Of a DNA stretch of 61,599 bases, positions 27,960 to 39,857 are shown piece by piece. Position numbers and translations under genes: made by a program. A model generated the notes under the pieces. That model did no database searches, was not told the origin of the DNA, and worked only from the letters and a program-made list of their open reading frames with translations. Within the stretch, counting starts at the first letter, position 1, and the number at the start of each line of letters is the position of its first letter. The stretch comes from Welwitschia mirabilis. Lineage: Eukaryota. The DNA is taken from assembly GCA_051453625.1 (NCBI GenBank), contig JBOZIK010000001.1:21804157-21865755 (forward strand), written 5' to 3'.

Positions 27960-28170
27960 CACAAATCACTGAACGAGGCAGTGGAATGATCAAAATCAAA
28001 TATAATTAGTCTATCAAATAAAGCATAGATCACTAAATGAGGTATTGGAAATAATAATTCACAAATTACTAAATAAGGTAGTGGAAAGATAAAAGAACAA
28101 ATCAGCAAATGTGGTAGTGGGAATGATAGTCCACAGATCACCAAATGAGGAAGTGGAATAATGAGAATAA
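27960..28170. repeat. 36-bp tandem minisatellite, ~5 diverged copies
   Basis: Consensus ~ACAAATCACTAAATGAGGTAGTGGAAAGATAA....; it gives the 12-aa periodicity of ORF 27959..28144. Confidence 0.85.
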
Positions 28171-28759
28171 AATATAATCATCTTATCTCATTTCTATTTC
28201 CATGAGTATCCATTACTTAAAACTTTTAGATACCTTATCATTATCTTATTTTAATTTATCTTGTTTCTTATGGTTCTTCCTTCCTTGATCCTTCCCATCT
28301 CTAGTCCATACTGGGGATTGTAATGATTTAAAGTTCTTACTCTATATGATTCTGTATTAAAGAAGTAATAAACCAAAGCATAGTAAAAGCTAATTTATCT
28401 TTCCAAGGAATGCATATGAAAATGAAATAGTTATTATCTGTCTTATCCTTAAAAAATATTAATTAAAGTGATTTGTCCTTCATTATAACTTGTAATCTTG
28501 TTATGTATTTTGGTTAGTTTTTTATTTACAAACATTTGTAGTCATTTATCTGTAATAGACTTGTAAACATTATATCTTTAAGATATCAAATTCTTCTATT
28601 TCTTAAACTTGTAGTTTTTGTTCTAATTTAAAAAGGCTTATAGTTGTAGATTTACTTAAATCTTTAGATCAATAAGTTTTAGCTAGTATATATTGTTTTT
28701 CTATTTATACCTTTCTTATAGAACTCAACCTTTAGATGTTCATCATTCTATTTAGAGTT

Positions 28760-28940
28760 TTTGGGTTAAAAATGTGGAGTTTACATTTTGGTATCATAGT
28801 AACATTCAAATATTTTTGGTGAAACGTGTGAATTTTATATTTTGGTATCATAACATAACTTTTGTCTTATCATGATAACTTATAATTAATACATAGTCTT
28901 GGTGGTATATGTTAAGGATTTTGCATTTTGATATTAGAGA
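28760..28940 (+). repeat. Three tandem copies of an LTR-end plus tRNA-Met PBS-like unit
   Basis: TTACA-TTT-TGGTATCATAG (28789), TTATA-TTT-TGGTATCATAAC (28843) and TTGCA-TTT-TGATATTAGAG (28929), versus the canonical TGGTATCAGAGC. Confidence 0.65.
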
Positions 28941-29099
28941 AAGATTTAAATTTTTTAGGCTATAGAAACATGGACCTTATAAAAATAACATTAGGCATAG
29001 AGGGAATTATGACTTCATGCCATAATAAAGATATTCAGTTGGATCTCGATGAGTTGTAATAACTCTTGGCAAATTAACACCCTTTAAGCATAGTATTAA

Positions 29100-31305
29100 A
29101 AATAAAATCCTCATTTTATTTTCATTTATAATACCAAATGCTTTACTTCAAATGATGAAAAATTCTCTAAAATCACTTCTATTAGTATTATTCTGATTTT
29201 AGAATCAATTCAAAAATTAGGTGGTATTTGATTATTACAGATTTCTTATTAGAATTCAATAGATTTTGGAATAATTAGTTTACTCATCGTTATAAATTTT
29301 AATTGGGAAATCTTTTATTAAATTTAATTGATCCTCATTTTTTATGATCTATGTAGAAAATCAAAAATCATTAAAACTTTTTGCATCAAAATATTTCAAT
29401 ATTTTTAATCTTATTTCTATTGGTAATGAATTTAATGCTATTCTTCATGAATATGAAAAAAAAAAGTGGAGGGGAGGGGGAAGGGCGATAAAAATTTTTA
29501 TTTTCTAAAAAAATAATTTTTAGAATATATATAAATAATTTAGTTTGATGAAAATTTCAATGAAAAATTATACATATACCTAGAGTAATAGAAAATATTG
29601 TTTTAATTTAATTAAAAAGCTAGGCAAATTCCTTATGAATGTTTCTTGGCTTTCAACTATTATGGACTTTTGAACTAAAAATGTTACTTATATTGGTTCA
29701 AATCATTAACTAGTTTTTATTTAAAATCATATTAATTAAAATTAATATTAATTTCTTAGATGGATAAATGATTTATTTCAATGCCTCAATTAGAAGAAAA
29801 GGATTCAAGAGTGATGGAAGATTGAAGTTAAGGCTAACATTAAGGAATACATTACATCATGGTATAGCTTTCATATTTTAAATTTTAAAAATCCAAAGAA
29901 TAACTTAATTTGGTAAATTTAGCAACATCAAAAAGAAATCTAGAAATATGGGTGGGTGAATGATTGAGATAATAAATAAATGAAATTGCTTTAGGGTTTT
30001 TATCTTTTTAGATGCATGGAAGTTATATTATTAATTCTAAGTGGTAAACTTTAGTTAACTAGAGAAGGTAACACAAGTTACATATTTGTTTTTCACATGT
30101 ATGCTATAAAGTAGGAAAAACTCTAATATAATTCCTTATCTTAAATATTAAAAAAAATTTATTTTTTTATGATATTAGTAATATGGAGAAAATTACTATA
30201 TAATATTACAAAAATTTATTAATTAACATAAAAAATAACATTAATAACATTTTTCTCTTCTAAAGAGATATTTGAAAGATGTCATATTGTAGTTTCTTGA
30301 AAACTGATCTTCTATGGAATAGAGCAAAGAAGACCTTTTTACAATAAAACCTAATAAGTCTCTAGGTTTATACAATTTTCCTACTAATTTTCTTCAAGAC
30401 TATTGAAATATTATTAAGGATGATATTCTTAGCTACCTCTCTATAGTTTTGAAATTCAAGATTAAGGTATATTTCTTCTATTTTTGAACAACTTTAACTT
30501 CAAAGAAAATAGACATTGATAGCATATTAGATTTTAGTCTAATAACCATATGTAATGTTATTTATAAAATAATATCAATAATTATTACAAAAAGATCCAA
30601 AATCATTCTTCTAATTTTGATTTCATATTTATAAGAAGGATTTATAAAGGAATTACATATAGTAGATAAAGTAATTTTGATTCATGAGATATTCCACTCT
30701 ATTAATAGATAGAAAATGCCTAATGTGGCACTCAAATTTTGATATAGTCAATCATATAATAAAGTTAATTAGTATCTTGTTAAAGTAGTAACTAAACAAT
30801 TTACTTTCTCTAAATAATAATAAAAATTATTAAAAGATTTGTATACTACTTTCTATTTTTCTATTATATTAAATACTAAGTTGTATGAATACTTTAATAG
30901 CAAAGACATCATTCAACAAGAAGATATCTTATCACTAGTTTCCCTAATTTTTATTATGAAAGTTTTAGAATCAATAATGAATAAGGCTAAAGGAGATAAC
31001 TCTTTAACAAACATTAAAGTTTTAGAAGCTTTTCCTTAATTTAAATAATATCCAATATATAGATGATATTTCTATATGTTATATAGGAGAAATAAAGAAT
31101 TTTAAAATTATTTAACATATTTTAAATAATTATAAATATTTAGATTTAAATATTAATCTTAAAAATTATGGCATATATGTTTAATATGGATTAGAGATAG
31201 ATTTAGAAATAAAAAGAATTCTAAAAATACAAGAAACTCTAAATTGTAAAATTAACAACATACCTAGAAAATATTTTGGCATTTCTCTTCTTACAAAAAA
31301 AATTA
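29100..31305 (+). pseudogene. Highly degenerate L1-type LINE ORF2, 5' part (endonuclease plus RT)
   Basis: GNEFNAIL (GDFN motif, ~29422), IGSNH (SDH, ~29692), FFH, DFSLITICNVIYKII, EGFIK..ILIHEIFHSI, IQQEDILSL, QYIDDI (FADD), ending LPRKYFGISLL at the insertion point. Confidence 0.88.
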
Positions 31306-33824
31306 TGTTATGCACCAACATAATCCCTGGTACCGAAGGGACCCCTTTGCCTTTCAACGCATATTCTTTCTTCTGTATCCCTTTTCTCTCCTATCTTTAC
31401 CCCATTATCCTTTCCACTCTTCTCCTCTCTTTCCATTCTTCCCTTTCTTCTTTATGTTGCCTTTTTCGTTTTCCCATGTTACTTATTTTCTCTCATCTTA
31501 TTTCTTCTTCTCCTTCATCTTTCCTCTCTTTCACTATTATCTTATCTTTTCTACTTCCTCTTCTCTTATTTTCTTTCCTTTTCCCTTCCTTTCTATCCTC
31601 TTCCCTTTTTCCTATTCCCTCTTCCTTTCTTCTTCCTATCCCATCTTCCTAGCCTCATTCCTGCTCCCTCCAACTCATTAACTAACTAAAATTTAATGTC
31701 TAAGGAATGGAATTCTACTTAATTTCATGCTTTGGGAATGGAATCTAGTACTCTTTCATAACTTGTGTGAAATAGAAGTTCTCCTTCCTTAGATATGGGA
31801 TCGCTTTAACTCTCAACATCTTCCTTATCCTTAGAACCTCTCCAAGCCTAGTTTTTTAGTCTTCCTTATTCTTTACTCCACCTCGATAGCTAAGGAACAT
31901 CATTCCAGTAGTTCCATTCCCATTGTCATCCTTATTCATTCCCTTTGTCTTTTTTCTTCTTCTTCTTCTTATCTCTTTTTCCCTCCTTCTCTACCTTTCT
32001 ACCTCTCTCCCTTACCACTTTTCCATTCTAACACCCTCCTTAATCTACTTCCCCCACCACCATACCTTCACTTATCTATATTCCACATTGAAGGTATGGA
32101 ATTTAAGGGAATTCTATGATCAAGTTATGTGATGTAGTCCCCTTCCATTTCCAAGACATAAAAATCCCCTCTTCCATGCCTAGATTCAAAGTCAAGTAGC
32201 TCATTATCCCTTGTTCTAGCTCTTAAAACCCTTAAAAATCAATTACTTTGTTCTTACATCATTTTGTATCTCCTTGATAGTTATGAAACCCTTATTTACT
32301 AGTTCCCCTCTAGATTCTCATCAATGCAAATCCATCATCATCTCAACATCCACCTTTAAGGCCCTAGCTATCATGATCCACTAACTTAGGGTTTAAAAGA
32401 GTTCTAAGGTTACATCAAATCCTTAGAATGTATAAAAGTTAAGTAAATCTATCCTTAATATTACACCAAAGGATAAGTACTACCTTGATGCCTAGAAAAG
32501 AAATAACTATTCTTGTGGAATGACCCTTTCTAGCACCATCAGGGACCTTTTGATGATTGTCATCATATTGATTACTCTGATTACATCGATCACTATCATT
32601 ATGTTGAACATTATAACCATGATCACTATGATCATCTTCACCATCATGATCCAATTAATGAAGATAGCCTACTAATGAAATCAATTACATTTACTAATAA
32701 TCGATGATGATGATAATGTTAAGTATCTTATTCAATAGTTGTCCATGTCAATTCATTAAAGTTGTAGTTGACCTAAATCTATCTATGAAGACACACATGT
32801 GCTAATGTTACTCCACTCTTTTCCTATTATTTTACATTGATCCCTCTTCTTTTCTTCAAGTTTAATGTACCAATCTCTCTATTTCTTTTTTATTCATAAG
32901 TCCTTACATAAAGAATACTTTCTACATTCTCTCTTAGTTCTGACATTCCTTATAACCCACTAATCTCTTTGTCAACTGAAGGTACTCCTATTCCTTCATT
33001 TACTTCCCAAATAATAAACCTAATCTTTGTATCAATTTCAACTCTAGATCCATATATAAACATATCTTCTCTAGTAGTTAAAGATACTAGATGATACATC
33101 TAATGATTCCCTTCTCTACTTGTATTTCTCTAGTTACTTATAGTTTACTATTATATCTTCTCATGTTATTTATAGCTCCTTCTCCTCCTCCCTCATCAGT
33201 AAAATACTATATAATCATCTTCTAACTATGAGAAGAGAAAGAGTGTTTTTACATTTTGTGATAATTTCTATAATAAAGTACAGTTGTATTTTTCACATAT
33301 TATGACTTACATTAACTAAGTATCTCAATAATAGTGAATAGAGGATTTGATTTTAGGTAATCCATTTCCATGATGGATAACTCTTCTCGCTTGAAGAAAG
33401 ACCACCCCTTAGTTAAATCTTTTCTCCTTATCGAAGCCTCATCCTAGATCACCTACTTAGCCTAGGAAGAAGACCTATTAGAACCCTTCAATCCTATAGC
33501 TAAGACCTATCTCACCTTCTTCTAGCATAGGAAGACCTTGAGGTAACCAAGTGGATATACCCTTTTCAAGGGAATCCCCTCTTCTTTCTACCCTTAATCT
33601 TTTTTATTTTTCATTTTTTTTGTTTTATGTACATTTGTTTCACGATGATACCTACTAGACATTGTTCATCTCTCTAATCCTATTCCTCAATTACTCTGTA
33701 CCTTAAGGAAAATAATTTAGGGGTACCTACTTTCCAACCACCCTCTAAAACAAGTTGAAAACCTTACTCTCAAAAGTAGGCATTATTGTTTATTCGAATC
33801 CTAGTAAATAGAATATGCATTATA
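31306..33824 (+). repeat. 5' LTR (~2.5 kb) of the Tat-like element
   Basis: Starts TGTTATGCACCAACA; colinear along its length with 39858-42261; followed by a possible PBS remnant (TTTGGCTCATCGC, ~33833). Confidence 0.85.
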
Positions 33825-34639
33825 ATGTCTTCTTTGGCTCATCGCTATCATACATGCTCTAAGATGTGGCTATAGATAAATAAGAAGTTAGTTGAAGAAT
33901 CCTCATTGACTTTTTTCTTCTTCTTTAAAACATCCTCCTTTAAAGATCCCTCTTCTGAATCCTTCCTTTTTGACCTACCACCACCTTCAACCAACAATTC
34001 ATCTTTTCATCTATTGTATTCCACTAATCCCATCACCTTTTTAATTAACCCCTTCATGACCAACCTACCCCCTCTCTATANNNNNNNNNNNNNNNNNNNN
34101 NNNNNNNNNNNNNNNNNNNNNNNNNNNNNNNNNNNNNNNNNNNNNNNNNNNNNNNNNNNNNNNNNNNNNNNNNNNNNNNNNNNNNNNNNNNNNNNNNNNN
34201 NNNNNNNNNNNNNNNNNNNNNNNNNNNNNNNNNNNNNNNNNNNNNNNNNNNNNNNNNNNNNNNNNNNNNNNNNNNNNNNNNNNNNNNNNNNNNNNNNNNN
34301 NNNNNNNNNNNNNNNNNNNNNNNNNNNNNNNNNNNNNNNNNNNNNNNNNNNNNNNNNNNNNNNNNNNNNNNNNNNNNNNNNNNNNNNNNNNNNNNNNNNN
34401 NNNNNNNNNNNNNNNNNNNNNNNNNNNNNNNNNNNNNNNNNNNNNNNNNNNNNNNNNNNNNNNNNNNNNNNNNNNNNNNNNNNNNNNNNNNNNNNNNNNN
34501 NNNNNNNNNNNNNNNNNNNNNNNNNNNNNNNNNNNNNNNNNNNNNNNNNNNNNNNNNNNNNNNNNNNNNNNNNNNNNNNNNNNNNNNNNNNNNNNNNNNN
34601 NNNNNNNNNNNNNNNNNNNNNNNNNNNNNNTAACAACTT

Positions 34640-35007
34640 TAATCTTCCCATTCTCAACCCATTGCTAAGATAAGTTCTTTCAAGCTTGAATATTTCACAC
34701 TTCCTTAGCTCTAGAATACCACATTAATGCTTTCATTGGGACACTTTTCTTTCTAGAGAATAATCAGAAGGATTTTACTTACTTAGTATTTTATCTCTAT
34801 CTCAAATAAGAAGCTCAACTTGGGAACTTGTGCCTACCTCCCAATTTTATTGGTTCATGGAATGAGCTAATTTATACTTTTCTATTTAATTTATAGGATA
34901 GATAGACCTAGAAATGTTGTAATAATATTTCCTAATCATTCAGAAGAAGCACATGAAGATATTAAGAAGGTTCAGTAGCCACTTATGAGTCATCTATGAT
35001 TTCCTCC
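34640..35007 (+). pseudogene. gag fragment of the Tat-like element (continues at 36434-36490 and from 37875)
   Basis: EYHINAFIG..LCLPPNFIGSWNELIYTF (retrotransposon gag core). Removing the second solo LTR and one TSD copy restores MYKVALD across the 36490/37875 junction. Confidence 0.7.
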
Positions 35008-36433
35008 TATTTACATGTAAAAATTAACATTTCAAGTAGTATATTTGATTAACTTGGCATAAGGAAAACTATTAAATTCATTTTTTATCATAAATTTATA
35101 TCTTCTGCTCATTTTATTATATTTTATGTAAATATGATATTTCCCATAACATAAGTATGTTTATTACTTCTTTTAAAAGTACATTGCATAAAATTGAGAA
35201 AATTCCAATAAAAAATGTTAGTGTCATTATCCAAAATCATCAATGCTACTAGTATTCCAAGGAAAAGTTACTTAGAATTCACATTCCTACACTTGTTAAG
35301 GAGTTCATCAAATTACACTTATGGGCTAAGTTAGAAGTTAATCCAAAATAAACCTTAAACCTTGACAACACATGGCAAACGTTTGAAAGAACATTTCATA
35401 GTAACATATTGTAATAATCAGGATAACTATGTGGAACACACATAATATGGCATTTATTGGTAGCGTCATTAGTAGTAAAAAGATATGTCATCACTATTCT
35501 TATATTAGAATATAAAGATTCCTCCTTTAAGGCTACATGCCAAGATTTATAACTTCTTTCTTATGTACTAGTCCATCTAACATGTTATGATGAAGCTCTC
35601 AAAGCCTTTCCTCATCTATAAAAGAGCCTTGAGACCCATCGTAATGGATAATTTGGTTGTAAAATGTGGTGGAAATACTTGGAGCATTAGGATATCATGG
35701 CATTATACTCACCTTTCTTGGGGGTGGATTGTTCTAAGTCTAGTTGAGGAGTCCACATACTTTACTTCTCTTCTTTAATGTAATCTATATCTCATAGTTT
35801 AGTCCAAGAATTTGCTTTTCATTCTTTCATTATTAATGCATATTACTTTGATATTAGCAATCTTTAGGTAAGGCTAATTCCTAAGTAGCTTTCATTCTTT
35901 TATCATTAGTACAGATTAATTTAGTATTGGTAGTCCTTAGGTGAAACTACTTTATTATCAAGTTCTTTCATTATCGAGTAAGTTGTTTGAGGTTACTTCT
36001 ATGATATTGTTGTTGCTATCATTTGATGGGATCTTGTGCATAATTGTTCATACTTTAAATGCTTATGAAGGGATACGGAGAATCAAAGGGACTAAATAAC
36101 TTACTAACACTAATGTGATGGATAAGATTATGCCTCAACTCCTAAGCCTTGATGACTTGATGATTCTAGTAGTGTCTCAAGCACATAGAAATCATTAGAG
36201 TGAAGGTGAAGCATTGGACAAATCAGTAAGGTGTTTGAGGCACTTCCATTTCCTTACAATGTCGATCAAGGATTACTTTAAATCTTAACTTCTGATTTTC
36301 TTTTATTTTAGTTTTATTATAAGTTAGAATTAATTATATTTTTCTTGTCAAGTTACTTCATGTATATCCCTATGGAAGAATGATACTAGATTCTTACCTA
36401 GTTTAAATCTGATTTACTATACTCATACAAATA
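35008..36433 (+). mobile_element. Athila-type solo LTR with a perfect 5-bp TSD
   Basis: Termini TATTT...AAATA (eroded TG..CA inverted ends); CCTCC at 35003-35007 and 36434-36438; start homologous to TGTTAACATGTAAAAATTGAC. Confidence 0.88.
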
Positions 36434-36490
36434 CCTCCCTATGTAGCATAAGCCTTTTGCCTTCCAAGTCATGGTCATGTACAAGGTAGT

Positions 36491-37874
36491 TGTTCATGCA
36501 TAGTACAATGAATCAAAATAAACTAGGTGAATACCTAGTATTTTTCTCTCCACATGAATAATTGTGGTTAACTTCATAGAAATTACACAAGTTTTTACTA
36601 GTCTTGCAATTACAATTTAAGAAAGAAGAAAGATAGTTTAAGAGATGCATTGAAACTTCATCTAGAAAGGTAAGGACATGAACTAGCTTCAAGGTTGAAC
36701 TTAACTCATCCTCCAGTACTATCTCTATCTAAAGATATCCTATGAATTCTTAAAACATAGTTACGCTATTAAGTAGTAATGGTTTAGATCACAGTGACAT
36801 AATCTTATTTAGCACATGAATATTAATGAACTCAAAAGTTACTTGGTCCTTCACAGCTCTTAAATAAGCATGAAGAGTAAGGAAAACAAGTATTTAAGAT
36901 CCATCAAATAAAAGGAACTTTAGATAAACTAACATAGGAATTAACTTAGATAAAAATATAACTTGATAACTTGGTTATTACTTAAGCATTACAAGTACAA
37001 TTATTTACAACTTAAAATTAAAATCAAATAACTACTTATATTAATTTCAAAAAATAAATGTTACATCACTAATAGAAAAATATTAGCATAGACTCTTCAA
37101 GATATTCTCAAAGCAAGCTAGCTCCCAAAGAAAGTGCTTAGAAGGCCATGTGGACTTGACAGTGCTAGGATTCTACTCTTTATTAAAATAAAGGATGGTA
37201 GAAATGAAGGCTCAAGAACCTTTTATAGGTAAGCATGAATAATTCTTTGGATTGTAATATTAGGTGAGTAGTTACAAAATGTATCATGTTGTGTTAGGTA
37301 TTATCTTTGCCATCTTGCATTAAGTACAAATTATCATGATGAGTTTAACACTTGGGTTCTAGAAGACACTGCCTCTGTCAAGTAATAACACCTAGCATCA
37401 CAAAATACAATCCCCCTATTAGTAGCAAGAGAACCATCTATCATGTATCTCCATCATCATCCTACTCAATACTGCCACATCTTACTATTATGTATCATCA
37501 TCATTATTGTGGCATGTCATTGATGATGCTAGTTATTTTTAAGGTAAAATCGATTAACCCATAATTGTGTTTGGCTAATTTTTCTATGACAAGTCTAAAA
37601 CATGAAAATTAAGGTGTTCTTATTAAAAGGATCTATTCATTGAGGACCTAGATAACAGCATCAGCATTTTAAGCTAGTTGATCATCATATTTTATCATGT
37701 CCTTCAAAATGATATAAATGTCCTAAAAATGTCACAGAAAGATGATAACTTTATAGATATATTAAAAAAAAGCAAAACACATAATTTCATGATAAATTAG
37801 TTATTTTCATATCTCTCTATTAAGCTAAATTAGTCATATAACTTGATCAAGATGTCAATTTTTACATGTTAATA
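36491..37874 (-). mobile_element. Athila-type solo LTR in opposite orientation
   Basis: TGTTCA...TGTTAATA; TSD GTAGT (36486-36490) / GTAGC (37875-37879); homologous to 15896-17249 (aacttgatca..atgtcaatttttacatgttaa). Confidence 0.85.
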
Positions 37875-39189
37875 GTAGCATTAGATGAAATTACATGTTT
37901 TTTTCTAGAACAAATGTATATCCTTAATAGTCTATATGATTTGATAACTGACATTATTCTCCTTAAGAGGCTCATTAAGTTATCTCCCTATGGTCATCCA
38001 AATCGAACTCATTTGGACTCCATAATATAGCTACCTCCTAATATTATGCTCTGCTTGTCACAAACCCCTTCAATCTTGTAACTTGTGAAGTTCGCCACCT
38101 CCTTAACTTCCCATCCTCACTACATCTGTGGCATCTCGTCCCTTCTTATGCCCTTTTCTTGCACTTAGTTCATCATCTTATTCTTTCCCAAAATCCATTA
38201 TGCTCATATATGCACTTGAATCCTATCCTTTAGCCTTAGAATATGCTTTCTACCTAGATAAATACTCCCTTTACCTTAAAACATAAAAAAGAGATTGAAG
38301 CACTTGTGTGCATGTTAAGAAAACAGACCTAAGACATGAAGTGGTTGAATATCACCCAGTAGAAGAGCAAATAGTATGGAATCTAAGAAATAATGCATGG
38401 AAAATAGCGAAGTGGTTTTCTAATATAGAACAAGATCATAAATAACAATTCACATCATTAGCAAAGGAAGATTCCAATAATGCATTCCTCCATGATTGTT
38501 GTCTATTCCATTAAACTTTAAATAATTCTAAAAAAAAAACTATCAAGATTACCTTCAAATCTAAGAGATCGTGAAGGCCTTTAATGACTCTATAGACCCA
38601 TCTGCTTAACTTGATGGCAAATACTACTTTAACATTAAAGATTTTTTAAGAGATGTTAATGTCAGCTTCATTCCTCACATAAGCAAGAATGACCTTGTCA
38701 ACCATAAGAAAGATATAATAGATTAGTAGACATCTATCTATACTAAAAGAATTGTATCTATAAATAGAGAAGCCATCGGACTTAAACTAAATAAGGAAAA
38801 CAATAAAAAATCAAAAGGACAGGATAAAAATCTAACCACTACATTCATTTCTCCTAGGAATAATCTAGTTCCTCTAAATTAGAATGCTTCTAATGATCCT
38901 TAATTACCCTATAAGGATGAAAGATATCAAGATTCAACTCTAATGAAGAATCTCTAAAAGGTAATAACTAAAGAAAATAAGAATATTACATCATCATATG
39001 ATGTAATAGGATACCTATAAAATTACAAAGCCAACCTCTCTATCCTAGACATCCTTTAAATGAGTAAATCTTGGAGGAAAAAATTACAAAGACTTGTATG
39101 TCCACAAATATATAGAGATTAGAAGATTCATCTTTTAAAATGAACTAGCAGAGCTAGAAGTGAAGGCTACCATACTCATTACTAAGAAA

Positions 39190-39600
39190 AAGGTATCATT
39201 ATTTCTTATTATTTTGTGTATGTTTGGGAAGAATATTCACAACTATCTCATCGACTCTAGAGCTTCTACCAAAATACTTCCCTCTAAGATAGCAGAGTAA
39301 CTAAACTTAATCCTAGAGAAATGTAGTAGATCATTCATCTAGATTGATCATACTAATGTTAATGTCTAAAACATTCTTAAGGATTTCAAAGTACAACTAG
39401 CCTCAGATGTGAGAAGCATGAGCATTATAGACTTCTACATAGTTAACATCCCACCCATTCATAATGCCCTGCTGAGTTAGAGTTGAATAGCTTTTCTCAA
39501 TGCTTACATCTTTTTAGAATACTCTTATATGTTGCTATCCTAAATAGGAGTCCCTAACCAAACCCGTGTTAAAAGGAATCCATACCTAAAGTATAATGTT
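39190..39600 (+). pseudogene. Aspartic protease of the Tat-like element
   Basis: FLIILCMFGKNIHNYLIDSRASTKILP..IDFYIVNIPPIHNALLS..GVPNQTRV, resembling the HNCLxDSGAS-type retropepsins I recall from gymnosperm gypsy elements. Confidence 0.8.
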
Positions 39601-39857
39601 ATGGCTTGTGGTAGGAAGAATATCAATCTAAAAGAACCCATCATAGACTCTGGGCTGGAAATTTATCTTTTCAAGGATCTCTTGGGCACCTCTCATGCAT
39701 GATAAGTGGAGTTAACAGCATATAATAATCTAAATAGTAGTTTCCATTTTTTACACCTAGATTTTTTGAGATTTTTTATTTTATAAGTTAGTATCTAATC
39801 CCTCTCATCATTCTTCTACCTCTTGTCACCCATTACGAATGTCTGGATGTAGACAAG

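Noticed and set aside
27960..28940. Short repeats as a possible CRISPR-like array
   Set aside because: Eukaryotic TE context, degenerate units, no unique spacers and no cas genes.
31305..32132. Hydrophobic F/S/L-rich ORFs resembling membrane proteins (also 40022-40562 and 56396-57374)
   Set aside because: By-products of polypyrimidine LTR sequence; frames are not conserved between the LTR copies.
32439..32654. H/D/N-rich ORF resembling a metal-binding peptide
   Set aside because: Comes from eroded CAT/GAT-rich repeats inside the LTR; no matching ORF is listed for the 3' LTR copy.
1531..34673. Long ORFs in the track composed mostly of X
   Set aside because: They only span N gaps; not evidence of coding sequence.
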